This document shows positions 10,844-21,022 of a stretch of DNA of 64,000 nt, in pieces; the first letter of the stretch is position 1; each line of letters opens with the position of its first letter. The notes below the pieces were generated by a model. The model was given only the letters and a program-made list of their open reading frames with translations. It was not told the origin of the DNA and did no database searches. The translations under genes and the position numbers were made by a program. Source of the DNA: Gammaproteobacteria bacterium (lineage in GTDB: Bacteria; Pseudomonadota; Gammaproteobacteria; JAJFKG01); the NCBI GenBank assembly GCA_965116795.1, contig OZ220716.1:426503-490502 (forward strand), read 5' to 3'.

Positions 10844-11207
10844 GCAAGTATCGTATTTTTTGATCATCGGCACTTTTGCGTTTTCTATGCACATGTTATG
10901 TTTAATTCTGCTAGTAGAAGTTATCGAATTAAATAAATACCTTGCCAATGTTATTGCATTTTGTTATGCATTTAACATTAGTTACTTTGGACACAAATTA
11001 GTTACCTTCGCCAATGGCGAACCCAAAAGTCATAATACATTATTACGGTTTTTTGCAACAGCACTGGTCAGTATCACGATTAATCAAGCAGTGTATAGCT
11101 TTTTTCTGGGTTACACGCACTTACCGTATGTATTTAGCATGATCATTGCTGCCGGACTAACAGCAATGAGTACATTTATCATTAGTAAATATTATGTCTT
11201 CAACTGA
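10836..11207 (+). CDS. GtrA-like flippase
   Basis: About 123 aa with 4 TMs; overlaps the GT2 stop codon. Confidence 0.82.
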   Translation: MIKQVSYFLIIGTFAFSMHMLCLILLVEVIELNKYLANVIAFCYAFNISYFGHKLVTFANGEPKSHNTLLRFFATALVSITINQAVYSFFLGYTHLPYVFSMIIAAGLTAMSTFIISKYYVFN

Positions 11208-11955
11208 AAAAAACAGACTTTGCTTGTGTGCCGATGATTATGGGTTACATCAATCAATCAACGCAGCCATTTTACACCTTGCACAAATAGGTAGACTGAA
11301 TGCAATTAGTTGCATGACTAATATGCCTGCTTGGGAAATGCCGCAGCAATTGGCAAACTTGCCTGATATTGCACTTGGGCTACACCTTAATCTACCTTAT
11401 ACAACCCTCGGGAAATTTATTGTTAATAACTATTTGCACCGACTTGGTCCACAACCCATTCAACAAGCCTTCAGTGATCAATTGCATCTCTTCCAAGACA
11501 GCGTAGGCCGACAGCCTGACTTTATAGATGGTCATCAACATGTCCACCAATTTCCACAAGTACGGAAAATCTTGCTCGATTTTTATCTGCAACATTTTCC
11601 TGATAAACAGGTTATTGTGCGTAATACAGTGAATCACCTACGCACGCTAAAAGGGATCAGTTTGAATATCTTAGGTGGATTAACCTGGCGGCGCTTACTC
11701 ACACAACAACATATTCCAACTAACTGCAATTTCAGTGGGATTTACTCATTGAATCGAACCGATTACCCCACTATCTTTGCTACATTAATCAGTAAATTGA
11801 CCCAACCTACGTTATTCATGTGTCATCCTGGCCAAGCGATCACACACCATGATCAATTCAGACAACGTGAATATGATTTTTTTGCCAGCCAACAATTTCA
11901 GGATATATTGAATCAATATCAGATTAGTTTGCAACCCATCAGAGCAGTGCTGTAA
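11194..11955 (+). CDS. ChbG/HpnK (YdjC) family carbohydrate deacetylase
   Basis: CADDYG, GLHLNL, DGHQHVH and MCHPG motifs. Confidence 0.9.
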   Translation: MSSTEKNRLCLCADDYGLHQSINAAILHLAQIGRLNAISCMTNMPAWEMPQQLANLPDIALGLHLNLPYTTLGKFIVNNYLHRLGPQPIQQAFSDQLHLFQDSVGRQPDFIDGHQHVHQFPQVRKILLDFYLQHFPDKQVIVRNTVNHLRTLKGISLNILGGLTWRRLLTQQHIPTNCNFSGIYSLNRTDYPTIFATLISKLTQPTLFMCHPGQAITHHDQFRQREYDFFASQQFQDILNQYQISLQPIRAVL

Positions 11956-12059
11956 CAAATAACCATTAGTAGTAGATATGGTTTTTCCTCTATTTTTTCA
12001 CAGCAAAATCGATTACCATACAAAATTTCTACAGCAAGATAATATCATTCGGAGTTCGC

Positions 12060-12830
12060 ATGATTGACGCATTTATTGCTTTTGCTAACACGTTTCCGCC
12101 GGAATTGCCGTTGCTAGCACTGTTTTTGTTTAGCAGCATGATCATGTTCGTTATGGCACGTTTTTTTGGGCAACCGGGTTTATATGTTTACGGTGTGCTC
12201 GCCATTATCATTGGTAATATTCAAGTGTTAAAAGGCGTACAGTTGAATTTTTTACAAGACCCAGTTGCGTTGGGCACTATTATTTTTTCATCCAGTTTTG
12301 TTACTACCGATACATTAACTGAATGCTTTGGACCACGTGCTGCACGTCGTGCTATTGGGCTTGGGTTTACTGCATCTTTTTTCATATCGATTTCCATGTT
12401 GCTAACCTTGGGCACGACACCACTTGACGTATTGCCCTCTAATGAAAACTTTCATTTTGTTACAGCACATAATGCCATGAAGGTATTGTTCACTCCGTCT
12501 GTTGCTATTTTTGCAGCAAGTGTCATTTCGTATATTGCCAGTCAATTGCTCGACATTGCCATCTTCCAAAAATTGCGACAAGCATCAAATACGTTTGGAT
12601 TGTGGATGCGCTCAGGGGTATCGACTGCGATTGCCTTTTTGATTGATAACACTATATTTAGCATATTTGCTTGGGTGATCTTTTCATCAGAACCGATTTC
12701 GATGCACAGTTTAATGTGGACCTATATTTTCGGCACCTATATTTTAAGATTGATCACGATGGTAGCCTACATGCCTATCGTGTATGCGATGTGTAATACC
12801 ATTAAGAAACGCCATGTCCCTATACACTAA
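12060..12830 (+). CDS. yhhQ: Queuosine precursor/queuine transporter (YhhQ/VUT family)
   Basis: Multi-TM protein; TDTLTECFG...A, ASxxSYxxSQxxD and DNTIF motifs; overlaps tgt. Confidence 0.88.
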   Translation: MIDAFIAFANTFPPELPLLALFLFSSMIMFVMARFFGQPGLYVYGVLAIIIGNIQVLKGVQLNFLQDPVALGTIIFSSSFVTTDTLTECFGPRAARRAIGLGFTASFFISISMLLTLGTTPLDVLPSNENFHFVTAHNAMKVLFTPSVAIFAASVISYIASQLLDIAIFQKLRQASNTFGLWMRSGVSTAIAFLIDNTIFSIFAWVIFSSEPISMHSLMWTYIFGTYILRLITMVAYMPIVYAMCNTIKKRHVPIH

Positions 12831-14031
12831 TTTTTCGTTTACTATACAGCATCAAGCACAGCAAACCCGTGCGCGTCTTGGTGTCTTAACCACACCACAT
12901 GGTGTAGTTAAGACACCCGCTTTTATCTTTTGTGCAACCAAAGCAGCCATTAAAGGGTGCACTCCGCAAGACATGCGTGATGCCAATACACAGATTATCT
13001 TAGCCAATACGTATCATTTAATGCTGCAGCCCGGTAGTACACTGGTTGAAAAAATGGGTGGCTTACATCACTTCATGGGTTGGGATGGCCCAATGCTCAC
13101 TGATTCAGGTGGTTTCCAAATCTTTAGTCTTGGCCACGGATCAGTTGCTGATGAAATCAAAGGAAAACGGTCGATTGCAAGAAATAAAACGCTGTCCAAC
13201 ATTACCGAAGAAGGGGCACGATTCAAATCGTATATTGACGGCAGTGAACACCTATTAACGCCAGAAAAATCCATTGAGATCCAACGGCAATTAGGTGCTG
13301 ACTTAATTGTGGTATTAGATGAATGTACACCCTTTCATGTCACTAAAGACTACACCGAACGCTCGATGCAATTATCACATCGCTGGGCATTAAGAAGTTT
13401 AGCCGAGTTCAAGCGGAGTGATACTGGTAAACAAGCCTTATATGGGATTGTGCAAGGTGGGGTGTATCCTGATCTACGTCGCGAAGCAGCACAGTTTGTC
13501 AGTGACCATCCATTCTTTGGACATGCGATTGGTGGATCACTGGGTGCTAACAAAGATCAAATGTACGAAGTGGTGGCAACCACCATGTCATTGTTAGCTC
13601 CTGAACGTCCAGTTCATTTACTTGGGATCGGTGGCATTGGTGATATCTTCAATGGCGTACGTCAAGGCATTGATACCTTTGATTGCGTACACCCAACACG
13701 CTTAGCACGCCATGGCGGTGCATTGGTGCGTGCTGACTATTGGGAAAATACACAACAACCTATGACAGGTAAAGAACATATTAATTTAAAAAATGCATGT
13801 TTTAGGCAAGATGATACACCAATTGATAATACATGTGGTTGTCATACCTGCCAACAATTTTCACGTGCGTATTTACATCACTTGTTAAAGGCAAAAGAGT
13901 TATTAGCATTTCATGCGATCACTGTACACAATGTGTATTACATAAATCGACTATTGTCTGCGATCCGTGAAGCGATTGTGCAAGATAAGTTGGATGAAGA
14001 ACAAGGAAAGTGGTTAGTAGCTACACCATAG
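12814..14031 (+). CDS. tgt: tRNA-guanine transglycosylase
   Basis: LANTYHL, TDSGGFQ, DEC, GIVQGG, DCVHPTR and CxCxxC...H zinc motifs. Confidence 0.96.
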   Translation: MSLYTNFSFTIQHQAQQTRARLGVLTTPHGVVKTPAFIFCATKAAIKGCTPQDMRDANTQIILANTYHLMLQPGSTLVEKMGGLHHFMGWDGPMLTDSGGFQIFSLGHGSVADEIKGKRSIARNKTLSNITEEGARFKSYIDGSEHLLTPEKSIEIQRQLGADLIVVLDECTPFHVTKDYTERSMQLSHRWALRSLAEFKRSDTGKQALYGIVQGGVYPDLRREAAQFVSDHPFFGHAIGGSLGANKDQMYEVVATTMSLLAPERPVHLLGIGGIGDIFNGVRQGIDTFDCVHPTRLARHGGALVRADYWENTQQPMTGKEHINLKNACFRQDDTPIDNTCGCHTCQQFSRAYLHHLLKAKELLAFHAITVHNVYYINRLLSAIREAIVQDKLDEEQGKWLVATP

Positions 14032-14124
14032 TTAACACACAATAACCATAATGTTATTATCTTAGTTATCTTATAGTAGCAATTAGCTCCATCATTCTGG
14101 AGAACGACGATTTCTTTAAACATC

Positions 14125-14760
14125 ATGAAACCTATTAACCAAGACTTTTTTAATCAAGACACTCAACCGTTAGCCAAAGCATTGCTTGGGAAAGTCATAC
14201 GTGTCAAACACGCTAATCAATGGTTACAAGCGATGGTTATTGAAACCGAAGCATATTATTTAGCAGATAAAGCCAGTCATGCTTCATTAGGGTATACTGA
14301 AAAACGCAAAGCGTTATTTATGCCAGCAGGTACTATTTATATGTATCATTCACGTGCCGGTGCATCGTTTAATATCAGCGCACACGGTCAAGGTAATGCA
14401 GTACTGATTAAATCAGCAATTCCTTATTTAGATAATTTGTCAAAAACAGATAACCAAACGATGATTGCTACCATGCAACGTTTAAATCCACAAAAAAATG
14501 GATTGCCACGTAATCCACAACGGTTGTGTAGTGGGCAAGCATTATTATGTCGCAGTCTTGGATTAACTATAAGCGCCTGGGATGCGCAACAATTTGATAC
14601 CAACCATTTTTATATTAGTGACGTTGGCTACATTCCTAACACTATATTAACAACAACCCGTTTAGGCATCGCTTCCCATCGCGATCCACATTTACCTTAC
14701 CGCTTTATCGATGAGAAATTCGTGGCATATTGCAGCAAAAAGCCAACACCGATGACCTAA
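14125..14760 (+). CDS. DNA-3-methyladenine glycosylase (MPG/AAG family)
   Basis: LLGK...IETEAY...DKASHA, GNAVLIK and RLGI motifs. Confidence 0.88.
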   Translation: MKPINQDFFNQDTQPLAKALLGKVIRVKHANQWLQAMVIETEAYYLADKASHASLGYTEKRKALFMPAGTIYMYHSRAGASFNISAHGQGNAVLIKSAIPYLDNLSKTDNQTMIATMQRLNPQKNGLPRNPQRLCSGQALLCRSLGLTISAWDAQQFDTNHFYISDVGYIPNTILTTTRLGIASHRDPHLPYRFIDEKFVAYCSKKPTPMT

Positions 14761-14849
14761 TGTCACCGGTTGTGCTTGTCATTATTCAGTATAAATTCAC
14801 CAATAAATACAAATAGTTAGCTAAAATGGTTAACAAATTATCTTTTTTG

Positions 14850-14880
14850 TGAAAACCTTAAGTCCGACTTAAGATTTTCA
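14850..14880. other. Near-perfect 31-bp palindrome between convergent genes (bidirectional terminator or operator)
   Basis: TGAAAACCTTAAGTC-C-GACTTAAGATTTTCA with one mismatched pair. Confidence 0.5.
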
Positions 14881-14944
14881 TACATTCAGGTAACCCCATG
14901 AAAACAAATGATTTTTACAGCAGATCTAACCTGTATTTTGATAA

Positions 14945-15442
14945 TCAACATTCCACCACACCGCCATCAATTTGTGCAGCCAAATCAGCCAATGCATTGT
15001 CAGTGAGCCGATAGGTTATCCAGTCATCCATGGATTGCGCACCCACTGCATGATAAAACTCAATGGCTGGGGTATTCCAATTTAGTACACACCATTCTAA
15101 ACGCTGACAATCCCGATCGATTGCTACCTGTGCTACATAAGCCAACAACTGCTTACCAACACCCTGACCACGCGCGGTTGGTACCACATATAAATCTTCT
15201 AAATGCAGCCCTGGTTTACCAATAAAGGTAGAAAAATTATGAAAGAATAAGGCAAAACCGATCGGTACATTATTGTCTATAGCAAGAATCACGTCGGCAT
15301 GTGCCCTATCGCCAAATAGCGATTCTACTAATACCGCTGGTGTAGCAACCACTTGATGACGTTGCTTTTGATAATCTGCTAATTCACAAATAAAACGATA
15401 AATCGTTGGAATATCATCAACAGTTGCTTGTCGAATAAGCAT
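14945..15442 (-). CDS. GNAT acetyltransferase (diamine/spermidine N-acetyltransferase-like)
   Basis: NFSTF.GKPGLHLEDLYV..RGQGVG and WNTPAIEFY motifs. Confidence 0.85.
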   Translation of the reverse strand: MLIRQATVDDIPTIYRFICELADYQKQRHQVVATPAVLVESLFGDRAHADVILAIDNNVPIGFALFFHNFSTFIGKPGLHLEDLYVVPTARGQGVGKQLLAYVAQVAIDRDCQRLEWCVLNWNTPAIEFYHAVGAQSMDDWITYRLTDNALADLAAQIDGGVVEC

Positions 15443-15476
15443 TACAATCTCCTTGCTATATCGATAGTATTAATTG

Positions 15477-16040
15477 TTATTCATCGTGTGTCAGTGAGCT
15501 AACCTGACGTGTAAACTCAGTATGCCCACAGTGCTCGCAAGCTTTCAATAACACAACGGTTATAAACTGTTGTGTTTTCTTACATTGCATACACGCAAAA
15601 ACACCTGGGCTAGTCACATCACCTGCGTGATATACACATTGACGATCTAAATCATCTTGAAATTGTTGTTGTGCTAATACGATATTATCCGCTACGTGAG
15701 TTAACCATTGCCAACAGGTATCTTCAATTAATGCGATATCAACGGTTAACCATGTTGCTAAACTATGCCGCTGTTGTTGTAAATGCGCACGCATGTGTTG
15801 TAAATCACGTTGTAAGAAATACGCCGCATTATCAATCTCATCTCGCTCTACCGTTTTTAATCCAAACAATACTTGCTTGGCATCGTCTAACCATAATTGC
15901 CAACCAACACTCATATTGGTTTGTGCTTGCTGTTCAATCTGTGCTAATCGCTCCAACAATTGACGATACAGTTGTACTGTTGTTTGCGTTGATTCCACGT
16001 TAGCATGTGGTTTTTCTTGCTTTGGATTATGCTGTTGCAT
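15477..16040 (-). CDS. Zinc-ribbon protein (DUF1451/YbeL-like)
   Basis: YHAGD..SPG.F.CxxC...CxxCGHTEF; divergent from leuS as for ybeL. Confidence 0.8.
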   Translation of the reverse strand: MQQHNPKQEKPHANVESTQTTVQLYRQLLERLAQIEQQAQTNMSVGWQLWLDDAKQVLFGLKTVERDEIDNAAYFLQRDLQHMRAHLQQQRHSLATWLTVDIALIEDTCWQWLTHVADNIVLAQQQFQDDLDRQCVYHAGDVTSPGVFACMQCKKTQQFITVVLLKACEHCGHTEFTRQVSSLTHDE

Positions 16041-16225
16041 TGTTCACATCCTTCATTCATAAAATAGACTCACTAACATTCGATGCTGGCTAATTTTAAT
16101 GCGATTATAGCATAGACTAGCGCACTACTATTGCACAATTTTACCACTACGGTATCCTTTAGTTTGGCGATATATTCCCCATTATTATCACTTAACTGTA
16201 ACAGAAAAATAGGCACAGATTAGTA

Positions 16226-18709
16226 ATGTTAGCAGCACAATACCAACCACACGATCTTGAAACACACATCCAAGCACATTGGGACGAGCAACAAACTTTT
16301 CGTGTCAAAGAAGATTTAAGTCAAGAAAAATTTTATTGTCTGAGTATGTTTCCCTACCCCAGTGGTCAATTGCACATGGGACACGTACGTAACTATACCA
16401 TCGGTGATGTGATCACCCGTTATCAACGCATGTGTGGTAAAAATGTATTGCAACCGATCGGCTGGGACGCCTTTGGCTTACCGGCAGAAAATGCAGCAAT
16501 TAAACATAAAACCCACCCAGCCACGTGGACACGTGACAATATTAATCATATGCGCACCCAATTTAAACGACTAGGCTTTGCATATGATTGGTCACGTGAA
16601 TTAGCAACCTGCGATCCGAGCTATTACCACTGGGAGCAATGGTTTTTTTTACAGTTATATGAAAAAGGGTTAGTTTACCGTAAAGAATCTGAAGTCAATT
16701 GGGATCCGGTTGATAATACTGTATTAGCCAATGAACAAGTGATCGATGGTCGTGGTTGGCGCTCTGGTGCCGTGGTTGAACGCCGTAAGATCAAACAATG
16801 GTTTTTAAAAATTACCGATTATGCTGATGAGCTATTAACAGACTTAGATAAGTTAACAGACTGGCCTGATCGCGTACGCACGATGCAACAACATTGGATC
16901 GGACGTTCTGAAGGAACAGCTATTACCTTTGCTGTTGAACAATACGATACACCACTGCAAATCTTTACCACCCGCGTTGATACCTTACCGGGTTGTACCT
17001 ATATTGCGATTGCCGCACAACATCCACTTGCACAACACGTCGCTGTACAATCAACCGACATCAAACACTTTATCGATAAATGCCAGCAAACCCAAGTTGC
17101 TGAAGCTGCCATTGCCACCTTGGAAAAACAAGGGGTCAATACTGGGTTATATGCAATACACCCATTAACCCATGAGCTGTTACCGATTTGGATTGCTAAC
17201 TTTGTATTAATGGAATACGGTACAGGTGCGGTTATGTCAGTACCAGCACATGATCAACGTGATTTTGAATTTGCTAAACACTATCAATTGCCAATTAAAC
17301 AGGTTATCTCACCATGTGCTGATGATAAGACCACGTATGATAGTAACACTGCTGCGTTTACTGCAGATGGCGTGTTAATCAATGCTGGTGAATTCGATGG
17401 CTTAGCATCACAACAAGCCAGAACCGTGATTAGCAATCACTTAACTGAACAAGGACTCGGTAACGCAACCATACACTATCGTTTGCGCGATTGGGGTGTA
17501 TCACGACAACGTTATTGGGGTACCCCTATTCCGATTATTTATTGTAAAAAATGCGGCACCGTACCTGTACCTACTGACGCATTGCCGGTTATATTGCCCG
17601 AAGATATTACCTTTACTGATAGTGGATCACCGTTAAAAACCGATCCTCGCTTTTATCAAACGACATGCCCACAGTGTAAACGGGCTGCCAAACGTGAAAC
17701 TGATACTTTTGACACGTTTATGGAATCATCGTGGTATTACGCGCGTTTTGCGTGCAAAGGCTTAGATACAGCGATGTTAGATAACCGCGTTAATTACTGG
17801 GCACCTGTCGATCAATATGTTGGTGGGATTGAACATGCAGTAATGCACCTATTATATGCGCGGTTCTTTCACAAAGTATTGCGTGACATGGGGTTATTAA
17901 ACTCAGATGAACCGTTTAAACGATTATTGACTCAAGGCATGGTGTTAAAAGACGGCGCTAAAATGTCTAAATCAAAAGGCAATATCGTTGATCCACAGGA
18001 GTTAATCGAACAATATGGTGCAGATACTGTGCGCTTATTTTCAATGTTTGCTGCACCTCCGGAACAATCATTAGAATGGTTAGACAGTGGTGTCGAAGGT
18101 GCTTATCGATTTTTACGTAAGGTGTGGCAATTTGCTTATCAACATCATGCCTTGATCACAACTGTTAATCAAACACAAAATACAATAGATTGGTCAACTG
18201 CAACACCTGAACAACAGAGTACACGCTGTGAAATACACCGTATTCTTAAACAAGCACGCTATGACATCGAGCGCTTGCAATTGAATACTGTGATTTCGGC
18301 TGCAATGAAAATATTAAATGTATTAATTCAATTAGCTGACAACACCGATACACCAACGTATTCGCACTTAGTACAAGACAGTTTTAGTATTTTATTGCGT
18401 TTATTAGCGCCGATTACGCCGCACATTACTCAAGCATTGTGGCAAACATTGGAGTATGGCGATGATATTAGTCATGCACGCTGGCCAAAACCAGCAGCTG
18501 ATGCATTAAAAACGAATACGGCTACATTAATGGTGCAAGTCAATGGTAAATTACGCGGTAAAATTCAAGTATCTGTTGATGCAGATGATGACAATATTAC
18601 TACTCAAGCAAAGCAACAAATTAATGTTGCTAAATTTATTGCTGACAAACCGTGTAAAAAAGTGATTATTGTGCCTGGAAAATTAGTTAATATTGTTGTA
18701 GGAAGTTAA
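16226..18709 (+). CDS. leuS: Leucine--tRNA ligase
   Basis: HMGH and KMSKS motifs; FTTR editing domain; 827 aa. Confidence 0.98.
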   Translation: MLAAQYQPHDLETHIQAHWDEQQTFRVKEDLSQEKFYCLSMFPYPSGQLHMGHVRNYTIGDVITRYQRMCGKNVLQPIGWDAFGLPAENAAIKHKTHPATWTRDNINHMRTQFKRLGFAYDWSRELATCDPSYYHWEQWFFLQLYEKGLVYRKESEVNWDPVDNTVLANEQVIDGRGWRSGAVVERRKIKQWFLKITDYADELLTDLDKLTDWPDRVRTMQQHWIGRSEGTAITFAVEQYDTPLQIFTTRVDTLPGCTYIAIAAQHPLAQHVAVQSTDIKHFIDKCQQTQVAEAAIATLEKQGVNTGLYAIHPLTHELLPIWIANFVLMEYGTGAVMSVPAHDQRDFEFAKHYQLPIKQVISPCADDKTTYDSNTAAFTADGVLINAGEFDGLASQQARTVISNHLTEQGLGNATIHYRLRDWGVSRQRYWGTPIPIIYCKKCGTVPVPTDALPVILPEDITFTDSGSPLKTDPRFYQTTCPQCKRAAKRETDTFDTFMESSWYYARFACKGLDTAMLDNRVNYWAPVDQYVGGIEHAVMHLLYARFFHKVLRDMGLLNSDEPFKRLLTQGMVLKDGAKMSKSKGNIVDPQELIEQYGADTVRLFSMFAAPPEQSLEWLDSGVEGAYRFLRKVWQFAYQHHALITTVNQTQNTIDWSTATPEQQSTRCEIHRILKQARYDIERLQLNTVISAAMKILNVLIQLADNTDTPTYSHLVQDSFSILLRLLAPITPHITQALWQTLEYGDDISHARWPKPAADALKTNTATLMVQVNGKLRGKIQVSVDADDDNITTQAKQQINVAKFIADKPCKKVIIVPGKLVNIVVGS

Positions 18710-18712
18710 TAC

Positions 18713-19267
18713 ATGCAATACATTATTCGCACTCGTTTATTACTGTTAACGTTTCTATTATTGTGTGGATTAACTGGATGTAGTTTTCATTTGGCTGGCA
18801 CTGGTAATGTGAATCTGCCATTTTCATCGGTTATCTTAAACACAGCACAACCTTATAGCGCATTCAGCAAACAGTTAAAACGATCGTTACGGGTTGCTAA
18901 AGTAAATATTGTTGAACACCCTACCCCTAACACGGTTATCTTAGTGATCATATCTGATCAAAACACTGTTCGTGAATTCAGCACAAGTGGTAACGGACAA
19001 AATAGACAAAAAATAATACGCAAGACAGTTCACTATCAATTACAAACAGCTGATCAACATAATATTGGTGGTGAACGCACTGTCACTGCACAACGCATGT
19101 TTACACAAAGCCAAGATCAAATGTTAGGGAGTGATAATGATGAAACTCGCCTGGGTAACCAAATTGCTCAAGCCTGTGCACACCAATTATTGTTACAATT
19201 GCAGGCAGAAGATGTGACAACCGCACTGTCTGAATACGAAGCTAAACACAGTAACAAGAAAAATTGA
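18713..19267 (+). CDS. lptE: LPS assembly lipoprotein LptE
   Basis: Lipobox LTGC-SFHL; leuS-lptE-holA synteny. Confidence 0.85.
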   Translation: MQYIIRTRLLLLTFLLLCGLTGCSFHLAGTGNVNLPFSSVILNTAQPYSAFSKQLKRSLRVAKVNIVEHPTPNTVILVIISDQNTVREFSTSGNGQNRQKIIRKTVHYQLQTADQHNIGGERTVTAQRMFTQSQDQMLGSDNDETRLGNQIAQACAHQLLLQLQAEDVTTALSEYEAKHSNKKN

Positions 19268-19271
19268 AATC

Positions 19272-20294
19272 ATGCGCATCACAACAGCTCAACTTCCTCG
19301 ACAGATTAAAAACACATTAGCATGTGTGTATTTACTCAGTGATGATGAACCATTACAGCTACAAGAAGCCCATGCATTATTAGTCAAAGCTGCTCGCGAT
19401 CAAGGCATCAATACACGTCAACGTTTTGATGTTACCCCTGGTTTTAATTGGGCGACATTAACAACCTCTACCCAAAACATGTCATTGTTTGCTGATAAAC
19501 AACTTATTGATCTTGTTATTGCTAATGGTAAGCCGGGTACAGCTGGCAGCCAATTTCTATGTGAATATACTAAGAATCCAGCAGCAGATACTATATTACT
19601 AATACGTACTGGTAAACTAGATGCAGCTACGTTGCGTAGTAAATGGGTACAAGCTATCGATGAGCATGGGGTTATTATTCAAGCTTGGCCAATACCACGA
19701 GATAAAATACCACAATGGTTAACAAAACGCTTACAACACGTTAATCTGCATACCGATCGCAGTGGCTTGCAATTACTGACTGATTATATTGAAGGGAATT
19801 TATTAGCAGGAGCGCAAGCAATTGAAAAACTACAATTACTGCATGAACAAGGTTTTATTAGTCCAGAACACATTGCAAATGCAATTAATGACAGCGCACA
19901 ATATGATGTATTTGCCTTGACTGATGCGTGTCTGCAAGGTGATTTAACCCGTAGTTTACATATACTCGCTAGCTTACGTGAAGAAGGTAATGCACCAACA
20001 CTAGTATTATGGGCACTTGCCCGTGAGATACGTGCATTGTCAACAATGGCATTTGAATTACGCAATACACCATTGCCACAAGTATTGCAGAATGCACGTG
20101 TTTGGCAGAAACGTAAAGCGATCACTACAACTGCGCTAGAACGATTGACGATATCACAACTTCATTGCTTACTTGAATATGCTAAAGACATTGATTGCAG
20201 CACAAAAGGAATGGGTACGGGTAATCCGTGGGATCAGTTAGGTCAATTATGTATTCAGCTTGCTAAGCCAACTTCTATTCCTAATTTAACCTAA
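19272..20294 (+). CDS. holA: DNA polymerase III subunit delta
   Basis: YLLS.DEPLQLQE, MSLF and EGNLLA..QAIEKL motifs. Confidence 0.94.
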   Translation: MRITTAQLPRQIKNTLACVYLLSDDEPLQLQEAHALLVKAARDQGINTRQRFDVTPGFNWATLTTSTQNMSLFADKQLIDLVIANGKPGTAGSQFLCEYTKNPAADTILLIRTGKLDAATLRSKWVQAIDEHGVIIQAWPIPRDKIPQWLTKRLQHVNLHTDRSGLQLLTDYIEGNLLAGAQAIEKLQLLHEQGFISPEHIANAINDSAQYDVFALTDACLQGDLTRSLHILASLREEGNAPTLVLWALAREIRALSTMAFELRNTPLPQVLQNARVWQKRKAITTTALERLTISQLHCLLEYAKDIDCSTKGMGTGNPWDQLGQLCIQLAKPTSIPNLT

Positions 20295-20470
20295 AATCCG
20301 CAGTTGAATTGACGACGAGAAGGATTAGTGTGTAGAAGATCAAGTTGATTTTTAGGATTTTGGGCGCAGTCGTACTCACCGTACGGGTGAGTACAAAAAT
20401 TATAAAAATCAACTTGAGATTCTATGCAATAAGCCTTCGCAGCCCAATTCAACTGTGGATTTTAGGTTTA
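20287..20470. mobile_element. Full-length MITE, family A (about 184 bp, RPE-like nested palindrome)
   Basis: TIRs AACCTAAAATCCGCAGTTGAATTG / CAATTCAACTGTGGATTTTAGGTT; inner IR TCAAGTTGATTTTTA/TAAAAATCAACTTGA; central GTACTCACC/GGTGAGTAC hairpin. Confidence 0.88.
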
Positions 20471-20500
20471 AATACATCTGACATATAAACGTAATTGGTT

Positions 20501-20977
20501 CTATTCTTTGAATTCCTGAATAATCTTATTCAATAGCCCACGTGAACCATCAGTAACGATATCCAATACATGCTCAAAACACGCAGCATCTTCGTAATAC
20601 GGATCAGGCACCTCAATTTCATCACATTCAATGCTAAAATCACTCATCATATAAACTTTACGATGGTGTTCTGGTTTCTGACTCATGGCTAAAATAGTTT
20701 GATAATTATCATTGTCCATTGCAATAATATAATCAAAGGTATCAAAATCTTTCTTAATAAACTGACGAGCACGACCGACCAACTTAATATTACGTGCAGC
20801 TGCATGGCGACGCATCCTTGGATCAGCCTTTTCACCAATGTTGTAATCACTTGTTGCAGCAGAATCAACAATCACTTGCTTTTCCAAACCTGCTTCTTTA
20901 AGCAGCTGTAAAAATACACCTTCTGCTGCCGGGCTACGGCAAATATTACCAAGACAAATAAATAAAATCTGTATCAT
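20501..20977 (-). CDS. Low-molecular-weight protein-tyrosine phosphatase
   Basis: CLGNICRS P-loop and DPYY motif. Confidence 0.93.
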   Translation of the reverse strand: MIQILFICLGNICRSPAAEGVFLQLLKEAGLEKQVIVDSAATSDYNIGEKADPRMRRHAAARNIKLVGRARQFIKKDFDTFDYIIAMDNDNYQTILAMSQKPEHHRKVYMMSDFSIECDEIEVPDPYYEDAACFEHVLDIVTDGSRGLLNKIIQEFKE

Positions 20978-21022
20978 GGTTTTATTTCTCTTTATATCAA
21001 TTTTAAAAAAATTATGGGTAAT

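Noticed and set aside
14041-14068. dif-like site (CATAA-TGTTA-TTATCTTAGTT)
   Set aside because: Central spacer is 5 rather than 6 bp and the XerD arm has several mismatches
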